From assembly GCA_965659985.1 (NCBI GenBank), contig CBFHYE010000147.1, forward strand, positions 1-58,297: a stretch of 58,297 bases of DNA. The letters run 5' to 3'. The notes beneath the pieces are model-generated. The model made no database searches. It had not been told where the DNA came from and was given only the letters and a program-made list of their open reading frames with translations. How positions within the stretch are numbered: position 1 is the first letter of the stretch; each line of letters starts with the position of its first letter. Below are positions 30,839 to 40,898 of the stretch, piece by piece. A program made the position numbers and the translations under genes. The stretch is from Roseivirga sp. (lineage in GTDB: Bacteria; Bacteroidota; Bacteroidia; Cytophagales; Cyclobacteriaceae).

Positions 30839-32740
30839 TTAATAAAGCACTCTGAATTTGATGGTGTGTTCGATACTTTTGAGGGCGCTTATTAAATCCT
30901 GATCATAGGCTTTATCGATATCTGTGATCACATAACCGATCGTTTCATTGGTCTTTAAATACTGGCCAACAATATTGGCTTCATGTGCTGCCAGTACTTG
31001 GTTGATCTTTGCCAGGATCCCTGGTTTGTTAAGGTGCACGTGCAGAAGTCTGTGGGCATTTTTCAATGCAGGCAGGTTGAGGTCAGGGAAGTTGACGCTT
31101 AATCCAGTGTTTCCGGTATTGATGTACTCCATGATCTTATTAGGTACAAAATCACCGATGTTCTCTTGAGCCTCTTGAGTACTGCCGCCAACATGAGGGC
31201 TAAGTATTGTATTTCTCGCTCCAATAAGCTCAGATTCAAAAGGATCTTGGTTGCTCTTCGGCTCAGCAGGGAAAACATCTACACCCGCACCTAAAATTTT
31301 GCCAGAATCCAGTGCGTCTTTTAAAGCATTGATATCTACAACTGGCCCACGAGCTAGATTCAGAAAAACGGCACCGTCTTTCATTAGATCGAACTCATTT
31401 TTAGTGAAGATATTCTCATTCTCGGGGCGACCATCAATATGTAAACTAACAACATCAGAACTGCTTAAGAGCTCCTCTAGTGAATCGCATTTCGAGGCAT
31501 TTCCTAAGGCTAAGCGCTCTTCAATATCATAGTATTGCACCAGCATCCCCATGTTTTCAGCCAATACACTCAGCTGAGACCCAATATTTCCATAGCCGAT
31601 AATGCCTAGTTTTTTACCTCTGATCTCATAGCTGTTTTTAGCTGTTTTAGACCATTTCCCTTGATGCATATCGGCACTCTTGTCTGGAATACCACGCATG
31701 AGCATAATGATCTCCGCAATGGCCAATTCAACAACAGATCGGGTATTGCTGTACGGTGCGTTGAATACGGCTACACCTTTCTCTTGAGCCGCAACCAGAT
31801 CGATTTGATTGGTGCCAATGCAGAATGCCCCAATGGCCATCAATTTATCCGCATGTTCTAAAACTTTGCGTGTAACATTGGTTTTCGAACGAATACCAAG
31901 CACATGGATCCCTTTGATCTTCTCACAAAGTTCGTTTTCGTCAAGACCAGCAGGGTATGATTCTACGTTAAAGCCATCCTCTTTTAATTTAGTCAATGCT
32001 CTTGGGTGAACATTTTCTAAAAGCAACATCTTAATTCTATTCTTGGGGTAGGAGAGTGCTCCGCTCATTTTATTCTCAAATAATATTTCATCAAAACTAG
32101 GGGCGATGTGGTCTGCTTTGGCCTTCACCGTATCCCTTTCAATATTCTCTGTGTATGCCCAAAACTTTTTAGCTACACCGGCTTCTTTCACTTCATAATC
32201 AGTGTATCCATCACCGATCATGTGTATTTCGCCATCGAGGTTTAAGCTCTTGACCAGCTTGACCTTTCCGCCATTTGAAGATAAGACATTTGCCCGATCA
32301 AAATCCACAATTTGACCATTGTCATCAAATACGAATTCGTTGGCAAAGACATGGCTAGGCTTGATGCCAAGTTGTTGAACTACAGGAACAATGAAATCTC
32401 TAAATCCATTGGAAACGATATAGGTTCTTTCCGCATTGTCTTGCAAGAAGTTCTTATTTCGCTTAAAAGACTTGGAGATCATTTTACTAAGTCTAAAGAC
32501 CAATTCAGATAAATGATCTTTATGTGCATCAAGGATCTCGATGCGTGCTTCCAGGGATTCTCTTAAAGAAAGTTCTCCAGCCATACCTCGGTCGGTGACA
32601 TCTTTGATCAAGAAAAGACGTTTTTCCCTTTCAGGATGATTTTGAAGAGAGATCTCTCCTAGTATGTCTAACGCTTCAACTTTGGTGAATGTGCTGTCAA
32701 AATCAATGACAAAAAAGTGGTTGGTTTCGGTTTGATTCAT
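30839..32740 (-). CDS. serA: Fused HAD phosphoserine phosphatase-like domain + D-3-phosphoglycerate dehydrogenase + ACT
   Basis: N-terminal DFDST, IVSNG and GDGYTD (HAD IB). Then GIRSKT, FCIGTNQ, GIIGYGNIG, PHVGGST and a C-terminal ACT domain. Confidence 0.92.
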   Translation of the reverse strand: MNQTETNHFFVIDFDSTFTKVEALDILGEISLQNHPEREKRLFLIKDVTDRGMAGELSLRESLEARIEILDAHKDHLSELVFRLSKMISKSFKRNKNFLQDNAERTYIVSNGFRDFIVPVVQQLGIKPSHVFANEFVFDDNGQIVDFDRANVLSSNGGKVKLVKSLNLDGEIHMIGDGYTDYEVKEAGVAKKFWAYTENIERDTVKAKADHIAPSFDEILFENKMSGALSYPKNRIKMLLLENVHPRALTKLKEDGFNVESYPAGLDENELCEKIKGIHVLGIRSKTNVTRKVLEHADKLMAIGAFCIGTNQIDLVAAQEKGVAVFNAPYSNTRSVVELAIAEIIMLMRGIPDKSADMHQGKWSKTAKNSYEIRGKKLGIIGYGNIGSQLSVLAENMGMLVQYYDIEERLALGNASKCDSLEELLSSSDVVSLHIDGRPENENIFTKNEFDLMKDGAVFLNLARGPVVDINALKDALDSGKILGAGVDVFPAEPKSNQDPFESELIGARNTILSPHVGGSTQEAQENIGDFVPNKIMEYINTGNTGLSVNFPDLNLPALKNAHRLLHVHLNKPGILAKINQVLAAHEANIVGQYLKTNETIGYVITDIDKAYDQDLISALKSIEHTIKFRVLY

Positions 32741-33099
32741 TTCGAATTATCAAAAAGCACATGGGCAATTTGATTTCCCAGTAAACCAGCTACACCTGCT
32801 GAAATACCACCGATTAGCCCCGTTACTGTGAGAAGGAGAAATAAATTCCCTTCTATTTGTAACAAGACGGTGATTTTTTCTGCTAGAAGGAAATCATTTG
32901 GGCTACTCAGAATCATCGCATGTACTATCCAAAGTAAGGCTATTGCTAAGAAGGGTGCAACGAAGGTAGCTGCTTTTTTAAGGCGAACGATTGCGCTGAC
33001 CAATGCGGCAGCAAGCATACCCGACCACCATGGTAAGAATAAGCTTAAGACAAAGCCTAGGACTAATGTTAAAACGAAGTTTGAAAAGGCTTTTCTCAT
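32737..33099 (-). CDS. Small hypothetical membrane protein
   Basis: 120 aa, hydrophobic, with 4-nt overlaps to both neighbours. Confidence 0.8.
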   Translation of the reverse strand: MRKAFSNFVLTLVLGFVLSLFLPWWSGMLAAALVSAIVRLKKAATFVAPFLAIALLWIVHAMILSSPNDFLLAEKITVLLQIEGNLFLLLTVTGLIGGISAGVAGLLGNQIAHVLFDNSK

Positions 33100-35513
33100 T
33101 TTTTTGGAGTTAAGGACTGGGAAATATAAGCTGTAGATGGATCAGGTTCTTTCAGGAGTTCTAGGCTCAAATAATCTCCTCTTGCCCAAATATCAATGAG
33201 TTCGTCATAATGCCGGCTTCCTGGATTTCCTGACTGTCCACCAGGATATACGCCAAAGGCTTTAGGGGGGTCAGACATTTCTACGATCATTCGCCATGAG
33301 GGCCCATGATTTCTGCTTGTTGCATTGACAATGCCGCTATTTCCTCCAATAGGAATATCGAATCTGGAGAACGCAGGCAGGGCCTGAAGCAAGTGCCCTA
33401 CATAGGTACTTTTGTAATCTACCCAAGCCAATGAGCGACCGGCTTCCCGTAGCTCATTGAGCTCCTCAATAGTCTCAATAAAGGCAGAGGTGATCAAGTC
33501 TTGTGCTTTTTCAATTTGGGGAGTGACTTTAATATCCATGAGCTCATGGTCAGGATGGTCTCGGAGTAACTCAAATGTTCTATAGGTAAAAGGATAACGC
33601 ACCCGGCTATCGAGGCTATCTAGCTCATCATAGATCTTGTTTCGAACTTTTGGCCACCAGATCTGAAAAACTGTAGGCGCCTCAGTTTTCATGCTATAGT
33701 TGAAATCCCAATCCTTGAGTGCTGCTAGTAATTTGAGTCCCTCATCATCCAATTCGCTAGTATTTACTTCCCTAAAGAAGACGGGTAGCATTTCTGCCGC
33801 TAATAAATTGTAGTTGTTGCCGTGTAGCGCTTTGACGTCTTCAATGCTGAACTGCTCTTTTGATCTGAAGAAGTCGTTTATTACCCGACTTCTGGTCATA
33901 TCATAGCCATCATTAAATACATAATAAGGATACTGCTCATCCACGGGATGCTGATTTGCTGAACTGACAAAGCCCCTTACCGGATTTTTTACATGGGCAT
34001 TATGCTCTTGTGGAATAAAACCTTGCCAGTCGTGTTCAGGATTTGTTCCATCCATGTAGAACTTACCTTGGCCTTCCCATTTATTCGGAAACTCCCCTTG
34101 GATCCAAAGTGCAATATCTCCTTCGGTAGAACTGAAGACAAAATTCTGAGCGGGAGCTTTGAAATAGGTTAGGGCTTGAGCATAGTCATCGTAATTCTTT
34201 GCTTTATTGAGCTGCACAAATGTTCTCTGGTTGTTTTGACCTTCATGCCCCATCCATCGCATGGCGTAGCCAGTTTTTTCGTTACCATTTCCTTTGAAAT
34301 TTTCGTCATAGCTTACAGGTCCGTGATGCGTATAGAAAACGCTGTCATAAAGCATTTCTGAACCTCTAATTGCAATTTCCTCTACGCGAAGATTAGTCTT
34401 TTTCCATAGGCCATCATGCCAGTATTCTTTTTTAGAACTGTCTTTAAATTTGATCTGGTACCAATCTTTCACATCCCTTGTCGCATTGGTGACACCCCAT
34501 GAAATGTGCTCATTGAAGCCAGAGATGACTCCTAAAGCTCCAGGTAAAGTCGCTCCGAATACGCTTTTCTCTGGAGTAACCAAATGCATGACATACCAAA
34601 TAGAAGGTAAGTTCAACCCTAAGTGTGGGTCATTGGCCAGAATTGGATTTCCCGTAGCTGATTTTTCAGGCCCAATGGCCCAGTTGTTACTGCCATTGTC
34701 AGGATGAGGCTTGGTCATGAATCCCTCAGCAGGGTCTACCGGATAATTACCTTCAGGAACTTCAGGTATTTCTACTTCCCAATTAGACCAATCTCTTTCT
34801 TTAGGAATTACCGGGTCAATGGCATCGAAGAAGTCAGGAAAAAGGAAGTCGAATTTATCTTGCCCAAGTTCAGCCACAAGGTTGGAGAATTCCAAGTCAT
34901 TGTCTCCACCAGCAAGCATATCGGTCATATACATTAGTAATAAAGCCGTCTTGAGTGGAGTCCATTCTTCTGGGGCATAATCAAGCAGTTTGTACTCAAC
35001 TGGATATTGGCTAGGTTTTAAGAAGTTGATGTACGCATTTACGCCCTCAGTGTAAGCATTAATGTATGAAGTAATCTCGCTATCACTTTTCATTGCCTCT
35101 AGAGAGTTTTCGGCACCAAAGATCATTCCTTTCCTTCTCTGCTCACGGTCATAATTGATCGCTGCAGGACCAACGATCTCTGCTAATCTTCCTGCTGAGG
35201 CATGGGTCTGAAACTCCATTTGCCATAGTCGACTTTGGGCGGTTAGAAATCCTTGTGCTCGATACAAGTCTACCTCGTTTTCTGCAAAGACATGTGGGAT
35301 CAAATACTCGTCAAAGCTGACTTTGACTTCTGCATTTAGTCCTGGCAAAGATAAATCATTGTAAAGCCCTTCTTCAGACACATCATTTTGCCAAAAGCCT
35401 TGGTTTGGCGATAAGAACTTGCCAAGTGGAGGTATTTGTCCAAACTTGGTATTGAGGGCATAAAATATTCCTGCAGTAAGGATGAGGCTTATAAAAAGTT
35501 TGAACCATTTCAT
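33096..35513 (-). CDS. Penicillin acylase family (S45) Ntn-hydrolase
   Basis: IPHVFA, RLWQME, GSNNW (catalytic Ser), LANDPHL, SANQ and PGGQSGNPGS motifs. Confidence 0.92.
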   Translation of the reverse strand: MKWFKLFISLILTAGIFYALNTKFGQIPPLGKFLSPNQGFWQNDVSEEGLYNDLSLPGLNAEVKVSFDEYLIPHVFAENEVDLYRAQGFLTAQSRLWQMEFQTHASAGRLAEIVGPAAINYDREQRRKGMIFGAENSLEAMKSDSEITSYINAYTEGVNAYINFLKPSQYPVEYKLLDYAPEEWTPLKTALLLMYMTDMLAGGDNDLEFSNLVAELGQDKFDFLFPDFFDAIDPVIPKERDWSNWEVEIPEVPEGNYPVDPAEGFMTKPHPDNGSNNWAIGPEKSATGNPILANDPHLGLNLPSIWYVMHLVTPEKSVFGATLPGALGVISGFNEHISWGVTNATRDVKDWYQIKFKDSSKKEYWHDGLWKKTNLRVEEIAIRGSEMLYDSVFYTHHGPVSYDENFKGNGNEKTGYAMRWMGHEGQNNQRTFVQLNKAKNYDDYAQALTYFKAPAQNFVFSSTEGDIALWIQGEFPNKWEGQGKFYMDGTNPEHDWQGFIPQEHNAHVKNPVRGFVSSANQHPVDEQYPYYVFNDGYDMTRSRVINDFFRSKEQFSIEDVKALHGNNYNLLAAEMLPVFFREVNTSELDDEGLKLLAALKDWDFNYSMKTEAPTVFQIWWPKVRNKIYDELDSLDSRVRYPFTYRTFELLRDHPDHELMDIKVTPQIEKAQDLITSAFIETIEELNELREAGRSLAWVDYKSTYVGHLLQALPAFSRFDIPIGGNSGIVNATSRNHGPSWRMIVEMSDPPKAFGVYPGGQSGNPGSRHYDELIDIWARGDYLSLELLKEPDPSTAYISQSLTPKK

Positions 35514-35625
35514 ATCTAAAAGAAAATTTCTACAACATAATAATGTTCTTCTATTGAAAGAAGAATACCGCTTGAAATTCGCGATATTGTTCGAAAGGCA
35601 ATTAGATTTACACTTTTATTAATTC

Positions 35626-36162
35626 ATGCGGGAAACGAAGGAAGATATAGCAGAGAAGGCTGAAAAGGTCAAATGCATCATTTCTGATGTTGATGGAGTG
35701 ATGACAGATGGCTCTATCATCTATGACAATTCAGGAATGGAATACAAAAAATTCAATGTCAAGGATGGTCAGATCATACAGCACTTAAAAGCTTCAAATA
35801 TCCTTATAGGTGTGATCACAGGTCGTGATTCGCTTGTTGTACGTAATCGATGCGAAGAATTAAAAATGGATTTTCATTTCCATGGTGTTAAGAATAAGGG
35901 TGAATTATTGAATACCCTTCTTGACAAGTATGAGCTCGAATGGGAAGAGGTCGCTTACATAGGAGATGATCTGAATGATTTACCGATCTTAACTCGTGTA
36001 GGACTGAGTTCTACTCCAGCTGATGGTCATGAAAAAGTAAAAGAAAGAGTGAATCTTGTCTTGAATAAAAAAGGAGGTGAAGGTGCGTTAAGAGCCTTAG
36101 CTGATCTTGTACTTGAGTCCCAAAATCTTTATGATCCAATTATTAATAAGTTGATTAAATGA
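35626..36162 (+). CDS. kdsC: KDO 8-phosphate phosphatase (KdsC/YrbI HAD family)
   Basis: DVDGVMTDG, FNVKDG, ITGR, YIGDDLND and GGEGALR motifs. Confidence 0.92.
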   Translation: MRETKEDIAEKAEKVKCIISDVDGVMTDGSIIYDNSGMEYKKFNVKDGQIIQHLKASNILIGVITGRDSLVVRNRCEELKMDFHFHGVKNKGELLNTLLDKYELEWEEVAYIGDDLNDLPILTRVGLSSTPADGHEKVKERVNLVLNKKGGEGALRALADLVLESQNLYDPIINKLIK

Positions 36163-37007
36163 AAAAATTCGAGAAAGGCTTTAGTATTAGTGATGGTATT
36201 GAAGTAGGTAATGGACGAATGGTCTTGTTCTCAGGGCCTTGCGCCATAGAGTCTTGGGAGGTATGTGCAAGGGTGGCAGAAAGCCTAAAAGGAACTTGTG
36301 AAAGGCTTGGTATTCACTATATATTTAAAGCATCTTTCGACAAAGCAAATCGTACTTCTGTCGATTCCTATCGAGGAGTAGGGTTTGAAGAAGGATTAGG
36401 CGTATTAGAGAGGATAGGCACTGAATTTGACCTTCCTATAGTCACCGACATTCACGAAGCTGGACAAGCAAATCCTGTGAGTGACGTGTCGCAAGCATTG
36501 CAAATTCCGGCCTATTTATGCAGACAAACAGACCTTTTGGTAGCAGCAGGAAAAACAGGTAAAACAATAAAGATCAAGCGGGGCCAGTTTATGGCACCTG
36601 AAGACATGCAATATGCAGTCAACAAGGTGAAGTCTACAGGTAATGATAAAGTCTTGTTAACGGAAAGAGGAGTCTCATTTGGCTATCACAATTTGGTGGT
36701 CGACATGCGGGCATTGCCTATGATGAGACAATTTGCTCCGGTAATTTTCGATGTAACCCACAGTGTGCAACAGCCTGGAGGGGCAGGAGGGAGTTCCAGT
36801 GGACAAAAAGAGTTTGCGCCTTATTTATGCAGAGCTGCCGGAGCAGCAGGTGTCGATGGCTTTTTTATAGAAACTCATCCAGATCCTATTATTGCTAAAA
36901 GCGATGGTCCGAACATGGTGCCATTGAACAAAATGAATGATTTCCTAACGATGGCCAAGGAGGCATTTGAGCTCGGTCAGCAAGCCAATTTCACATTTGA
37001 TGATTAA
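36159..37007 (+). CDS. kdsA: KDO 8-phosphate synthase
   Basis: GPCAIES, KASFDKANRTS, QIPAYLCRQTDL, ERG, DVTHS and SDGPN motifs. Confidence 0.96.
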   Translation: MKKFEKGFSISDGIEVGNGRMVLFSGPCAIESWEVCARVAESLKGTCERLGIHYIFKASFDKANRTSVDSYRGVGFEEGLGVLERIGTEFDLPIVTDIHEAGQANPVSDVSQALQIPAYLCRQTDLLVAAGKTGKTIKIKRGQFMAPEDMQYAVNKVKSTGNDKVLLTERGVSFGYHNLVVDMRALPMMRQFAPVIFDVTHSVQQPGGAGGSSSGQKEFAPYLCRAAGAAGVDGFFIETHPDPIIAKSDGPNMVPLNKMNDFLTMAKEAFELGQQANFTFDD

Positions 37008-37341
37008 GATTTTAAAGCAATTTTTCGCTTTCGCAATTCTTGTAGTTCTAGCGAGTAGCTGCATTCCAAATGAGAAGGTCATTTATCTTCAAAACAAAGA
37101 GCTGATACCTAGGTTGAATAATGATTCAATCATTTCATTGAATAGGGTTGAATATAGGTTGCAGCCAAATGATATTTTGCTGATAAATTTTTATGATGCT
37201 GTTGAAGTTGCTGTCCAAAAATTTTATCCAATTTTTGCCAGACCTGATGCCGCAAGAGGGCTTGATTTAAGAGGCAATTCTGTCAACGCAGCATTCAACA
37301 TTCAGTCCAATGCTTATCTATATACAAAACTAAAGGTTTAG
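37000..37341 (+). pseudogene. 3'-truncated Wza-like polysaccharide export lipoprotein
   Basis: Lipobox LASSC, KVIYLQ and EYRLQPNDILLI begin a Poly_export domain. The ORF ends after about 113 aa, without the rest of that domain or the SLBB domain. Confidence 0.7.
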
Positions 37342-37395
37342 ATGGCTTTTTCAACTTCTTGGTGGAGGTATTGCAAACATCTTAATATTAACTTA

Positions 37396-37426
37396 AAAAA
37401 CAATGCCTTCTAATGAAGGCATTAAT
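37396..37426. terminator. Intrinsic terminator downstream of tRNA-Arg
   Basis: AATGCCTTC-TAAT-GAAGGCATT perfect hairpin. Confidence 0.75.
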
Positions 37427-37428
37427 AG

Positions 37429-37502
37429 TACACCCGGAAGGAGTCGAACCCTCAACCTCTGGAGCCGAAATCCAGCGCTCTATCCAGTTGAGCTACGGGT
37501 GC
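37429..37502 (-). tRNA. tRNA-Arg (anticodon TCG)
   Basis: Minus strand GCACCCG TAGCTCAACTGGATAGAGCG CTGGA TT-TCG-GC TCCAG AGGTT GAGGG TTCGACT CCTTC CGGGTGT A folds as a cloverleaf. CCA is not encoded. Confidence 0.97.
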
Positions 37503-37513
37503 GCACGCTCTTT

Positions 37514-38725
37514 TTAAGCTAAAGCTTCTTGCACTTTTTGCGCAGCGTCTTTCAAAACAATGGCTGATTCTACTGCTAGGCCACTTTCATTAATGATTTG
37601 AGCCGCTTCTTCTGCATTTGTTCCTTGTAGTCGAACAATAATAGGAATATCAATATTTCCAATTTTCTTGTAAGCTTCAACTACCCCGTTCGCAACTCTA
37701 TCACAACGAACGATTCCACCAAAGATATTGATGAGAATAGCTTTGACATTTGGGTCCTTCATAATGATTCTGAAGCCAGCTTCAACCGTTTCTGCATTGG
37801 CTGTTCCTCCTACATCAAGGAAGTTTGCCGGTTCACCACCAGAAAGTTTAATGATATCCATGGTTGCCATCGCCAGTCCAGCACCATTCACCATACAACC
37901 TACATTCCCATCAAGCTTTACATAACTCAAACCGTATTCCCCCGCTTCAACCTCAGAAGGATCTTCCTCTGAAAGATCTCTTAGTTCAGCAAGATCCTTG
38001 TGCCTGAAGAGTCCGTTGTCATCAAGGTTAACCTTGGCGTCAACAGCTAAGATTTGATTGTCAGATGTCTTAAGCACAGGATTGATCTCGAATTGACTTG
38101 CATCGCTGTCTTCATAAGCTTTGTAAAGAGAGAAAATGAACTTCACCATTTCTTTAAAAGCTTGACCTTCCAAACCAAGCTTGAAAGCCACCTTTCGGGC
38201 TTGAAATCCTTGAAGACCAACTTTAGGGTCGATCCATTCTTTGATGATCTTGTCTGGTGTTTCTTCAGCTACGGTTTCAATGTCCATTCCACCTTCGGTC
38301 GAAGCCATAATGACATTCCAGCCTTTTGCTCTATCCAATAGAATGGATAAGTAATATTCTTTTGGCTCGGAATCTCCTGGGTAGTATACATCTTGCGCGA
38401 TTAGCACTTTGTTTACCAATTTACCCTCTTCACCAGTCTGGTGTGTAACTAGGGTGCCACCTAAAATGGCTTCAGCTTTTGGTGCAACCTCGTCTAGACT
38501 TTTGGCTAAGACAACTCCATTTGAACCAGTTTCTTGAACCTTGCCTTTTCCGCGTCCACCAGCATGAATCTGAGCTTTCACGACATACCAACTCGTGCCT
38601 GTGTCTTCGTTTAATTTTTTGGCGGCAGTATTAGCCGCTTCTGGGGTGTCTGCAACAATTCCTTCTTGAATTTTAACACCATACTTTTTAAGTAATTCTT
38701 TCGCTTGATATTCGTGAATATTCAT
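37514..38725 (-). CDS. sucC: Succinyl-CoA synthetase beta subunit
   Basis: MNIHEYQAK, KAQIHAGGRGK, NGAGLAM, NFLDVGG and NIFGGIVRCD motifs. Confidence 0.97.
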   Translation of the reverse strand: MNIHEYQAKELLKKYGVKIQEGIVADTPEAANTAAKKLNEDTGTSWYVVKAQIHAGGRGKGKVQETGSNGVVLAKSLDEVAPKAEAILGGTLVTHQTGEEGKLVNKVLIAQDVYYPGDSEPKEYYLSILLDRAKGWNVIMASTEGGMDIETVAEETPDKIIKEWIDPKVGLQGFQARKVAFKLGLEGQAFKEMVKFIFSLYKAYEDSDASQFEINPVLKTSDNQILAVDAKVNLDDNGLFRHKDLAELRDLSEEDPSEVEAGEYGLSYVKLDGNVGCMVNGAGLAMATMDIIKLSGGEPANFLDVGGTANAETVEAGFRIIMKDPNVKAILINIFGGIVRCDRVANGVVEAYKKIGNIDIPIIVRLQGTNAEEAAQIINESGLAVESAIVLKDAAQKVQEALA

Positions 38726-38849
38726 GTCTCAGATTTTGTGCGAAAGTAAGCCAAAGGGGCTATAATAACAAGTCAATTTCATCTTAAGGGGATGTATGAG
38801 ATGACTTTGTTAATAAACTCCTTATGTTTGAGAAATCAATAAGTAACAG

Positions 38850-39506
38850 ATGTTAAGTGCTAGGTCAATACATAAGCGTTATGGACACTTGGAAGTGTTA
38901 AAAGGTGTCGATCTTGAAATCGGAAAAGGAGAGATCTTGTCTATTGTCGGACCTTCTGGTGCAGGAAAGAGTACCTTGCTTCACATTCTAGGAACACTTG
39001 ATGAGCCAGACAATGGCAGTCTCCTTCTAAATGGCCAAGAGCTATCGCGTAAAACAAAAGCTCAATTGTCAGACGTAAGGAATAAGCATTTCGGCTTTAT
39101 TTTTCAATTCCATAATCTGTTGCCTGAGTTTACCGCAATCGAAAATGTGTGCATGCCAGCGTTCATTGCAGGTAAGGATCAGAAAAATACCAAAATTCGG
39201 GCTGAAGAACTTCTTGGGATTCTTGGTTTGATTGATCGAAAAAATCATAAACCTTCAGCGCTTTCTGGCGGTGAACAACAACGGGTAGCCGTAGCGAGGG
39301 CTTTGATCAATGAACCTCAATTGATTTTAGCTGATGAGCCATCTGGAAATCTAGATTCTAAGAATGCAGCTGAGCTCCATGAATTATTCTTTAAGCTCAG
39401 AGATGAATTGGGTTACACATTTGCCATCGTTACTCATAACACGGAGTTAGCAGACATGTCGGATCGAAAAGTAACCTTGATCGATGGACTTATCTCGTCT
39501 TTTTGA
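38850..39506 (+). CDS. lolD: LolD-like ABC transporter ATP-binding protein
   Basis: [36 protein letters not shown] and [17 protein letters not shown] promoter box at 38823. Confidence 0.75.
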   Translation: MLSARSIHKRYGHLEVLKGVDLEIGKGEILSIVGPSGAGKSTLLHILGTLDEPDNGSLLLNGQELSRKTKAQLSDVRNKHFGFIFQFHNLLPEFTAIENVCMPAFIAGKDQKNTKIRAEELLGILGLIDRKNHKPSALSGGEQQRVAVARALINEPQLILADEPSGNLDSKNAAELHELFFKLRDELGYTFAIVTHNTELADMSDRKVTLIDGLISSF

Positions 39507-40368
39507 TCACTCGACAACGCATTGATGACTTGCCGTATAAAGATTTGGGTAAATAGTATGCCAATTTGACTGAAGCCCTTAAATAGGAATCATTAGTTCC
39601 ATTTCCTCTTCTCTCTCCTGCCGGAAGTGGTGCGACTGGCGGTGTAAGCGCAGTTCTCGGATCAGAGAGAAGTGCCATGGTCGCAGCCGGAACTCCATCG
39701 GTATCTGTAAATGACGCTTGATCTCTATATACTCCACTTACATCATCCAAATATCCAGTGAAAGTATAGTTGTATTGTACATCAAATTGTAAATCAAAAT
39801 TTTTACTGATAAGAATATCAAATCCAAAGCCAATAGGAACCATAAATGCGATTCTCCCATATTGTTGCCCTTCTATCGATAATGACCGCATTTGATATTC
39901 TGTACCATTGAGTGTTTGAATGGGGTTATTTGAAGTTACTCCAAGACCTAAATGAAGGAAAGGGTTTAAAACAGCACGACTTCTGTAACCTTTGGCAGGA
40001 TGTCTGAAGAAATAGTACATGCCTTGTAAAATAAATTCTGTGTTAGTTGCTTTAAAGTTCAAGTTTCTTTCCCGCTGCTCAGCTAGCGTTGCAGAAGCAT
40101 CATCGGCCTTTATTGTATACAAACTTAGTTGTGTTCTTAATGCAATGTTATCCGTTATTAAATGCTCATATCCAAGTCCAAAAGTTAAACTAGCTTTGAG
40201 ACCTGGGTCTGCTGGCCTTCTTAATTCACCGAAGTATGTACTCATGCCCACTCCAAAGGTAACTTTTGAAAGTCTGTCAAAGCTATTGGTAGATACAAAT
40301 CTTTGCGCAGTGACTTGAGAAAAAGTAATACTCAGGATAAGGATAAGAAATATTTTAGACCTCGGCAT
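39490..40368 (-). CDS. Outer-membrane beta-barrel protein (DUF6089-like)
   Basis: Signal peptide, YFGEL, RNLNFK and YLDDVSG motifs, amphipathic strands. Confidence 0.7.
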   Translation of the reverse strand: MPRSKIFLILILSITFSQVTAQRFVSTNSFDRLSKVTFGVGMSTYFGELRRPADPGLKASLTFGLGYEHLITDNIALRTQLSLYTIKADDASATLAEQRERNLNFKATNTEFILQGMYYFFRHPAKGYRSRAVLNPFLHLGLGVTSNNPIQTLNGTEYQMRSLSIEGQQYGRIAFMVPIGFGFDILISKNFDLQFDVQYNYTFTGYLDDVSGVYRDQASFTDTDGVPAATMALLSDPRTALTPPVAPLPAGERRGNGTNDSYLRASVKLAYYLPKSLYGKSSMRCRVIKKTR

Positions 40369-40415
40369 ATGTTCTTTTAGGGCATACAAATTTAGAATTC
40401 CAACGCACTTTTACC

Positions 40416-40862
40416 TTATTTATTCCCATTTAGTTGTGTTATCATTTTGCTAAGGTGCTTTTTAGCACCAAACATGTCTGAATAAACAGCTGCAATTTTT
40501 TGGTCTTGGTCAATCAAATAAGTAGTTCTTTTCGGGATGCCCATGACGGGTACGAGAGACTTATACCTCTTGCAAACGCTTCCGTCTTGGTCACTCAATA
40601 GATCAAAAGGTAATTTGTGCTTTTCTTTAAATTTTTGATGAGAGGAAATGCTGTCTCTACTTATTCCAAATACATTTATTTCCAATCCTCTGAGCTCCTC
40701 GAATCCATCTCTGAAACTACAGGCTTCTTCTGTACAACCAGGAGTGAAATCTTTAGGATAGAAGTAAATGATACAAGGGAGGTTGTCTTTCAATCTAAAT
40801 TTATCTCCAGAGGTAGAGGGTAAAACAAAGTCAGGAGCTGGGTTTCCTTTTTTTAATGACAT
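40416..40862 (-). CDS. bcp: Peroxiredoxin (BCP/PrxQ)
   Basis: YFYPKDFTPGCTEEACSFRD motif. Confidence 0.92.
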   Translation of the reverse strand: MSLKKGNPAPDFVLPSTSGDKFRLKDNLPCIIYFYPKDFTPGCTEEACSFRDGFEELRGLEINVFGISRDSISSHQKFKEKHKLPFDLLSDQDGSVCKRYKSLVPVMGIPKRTTYLIDQDQKIAAVYSDMFGAKKHLSKMITQLNGNK

Positions 40863-40898
40863 ATAAGGTCTATTGATTTTAATTCCACATTTTTGCGC

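Noticed and set aside
37429-37502. Integrative element at tRNA-Arg
   Set aside because: No integrase is present, and I saw no duplicated tRNA 3' end (att site) in the window.
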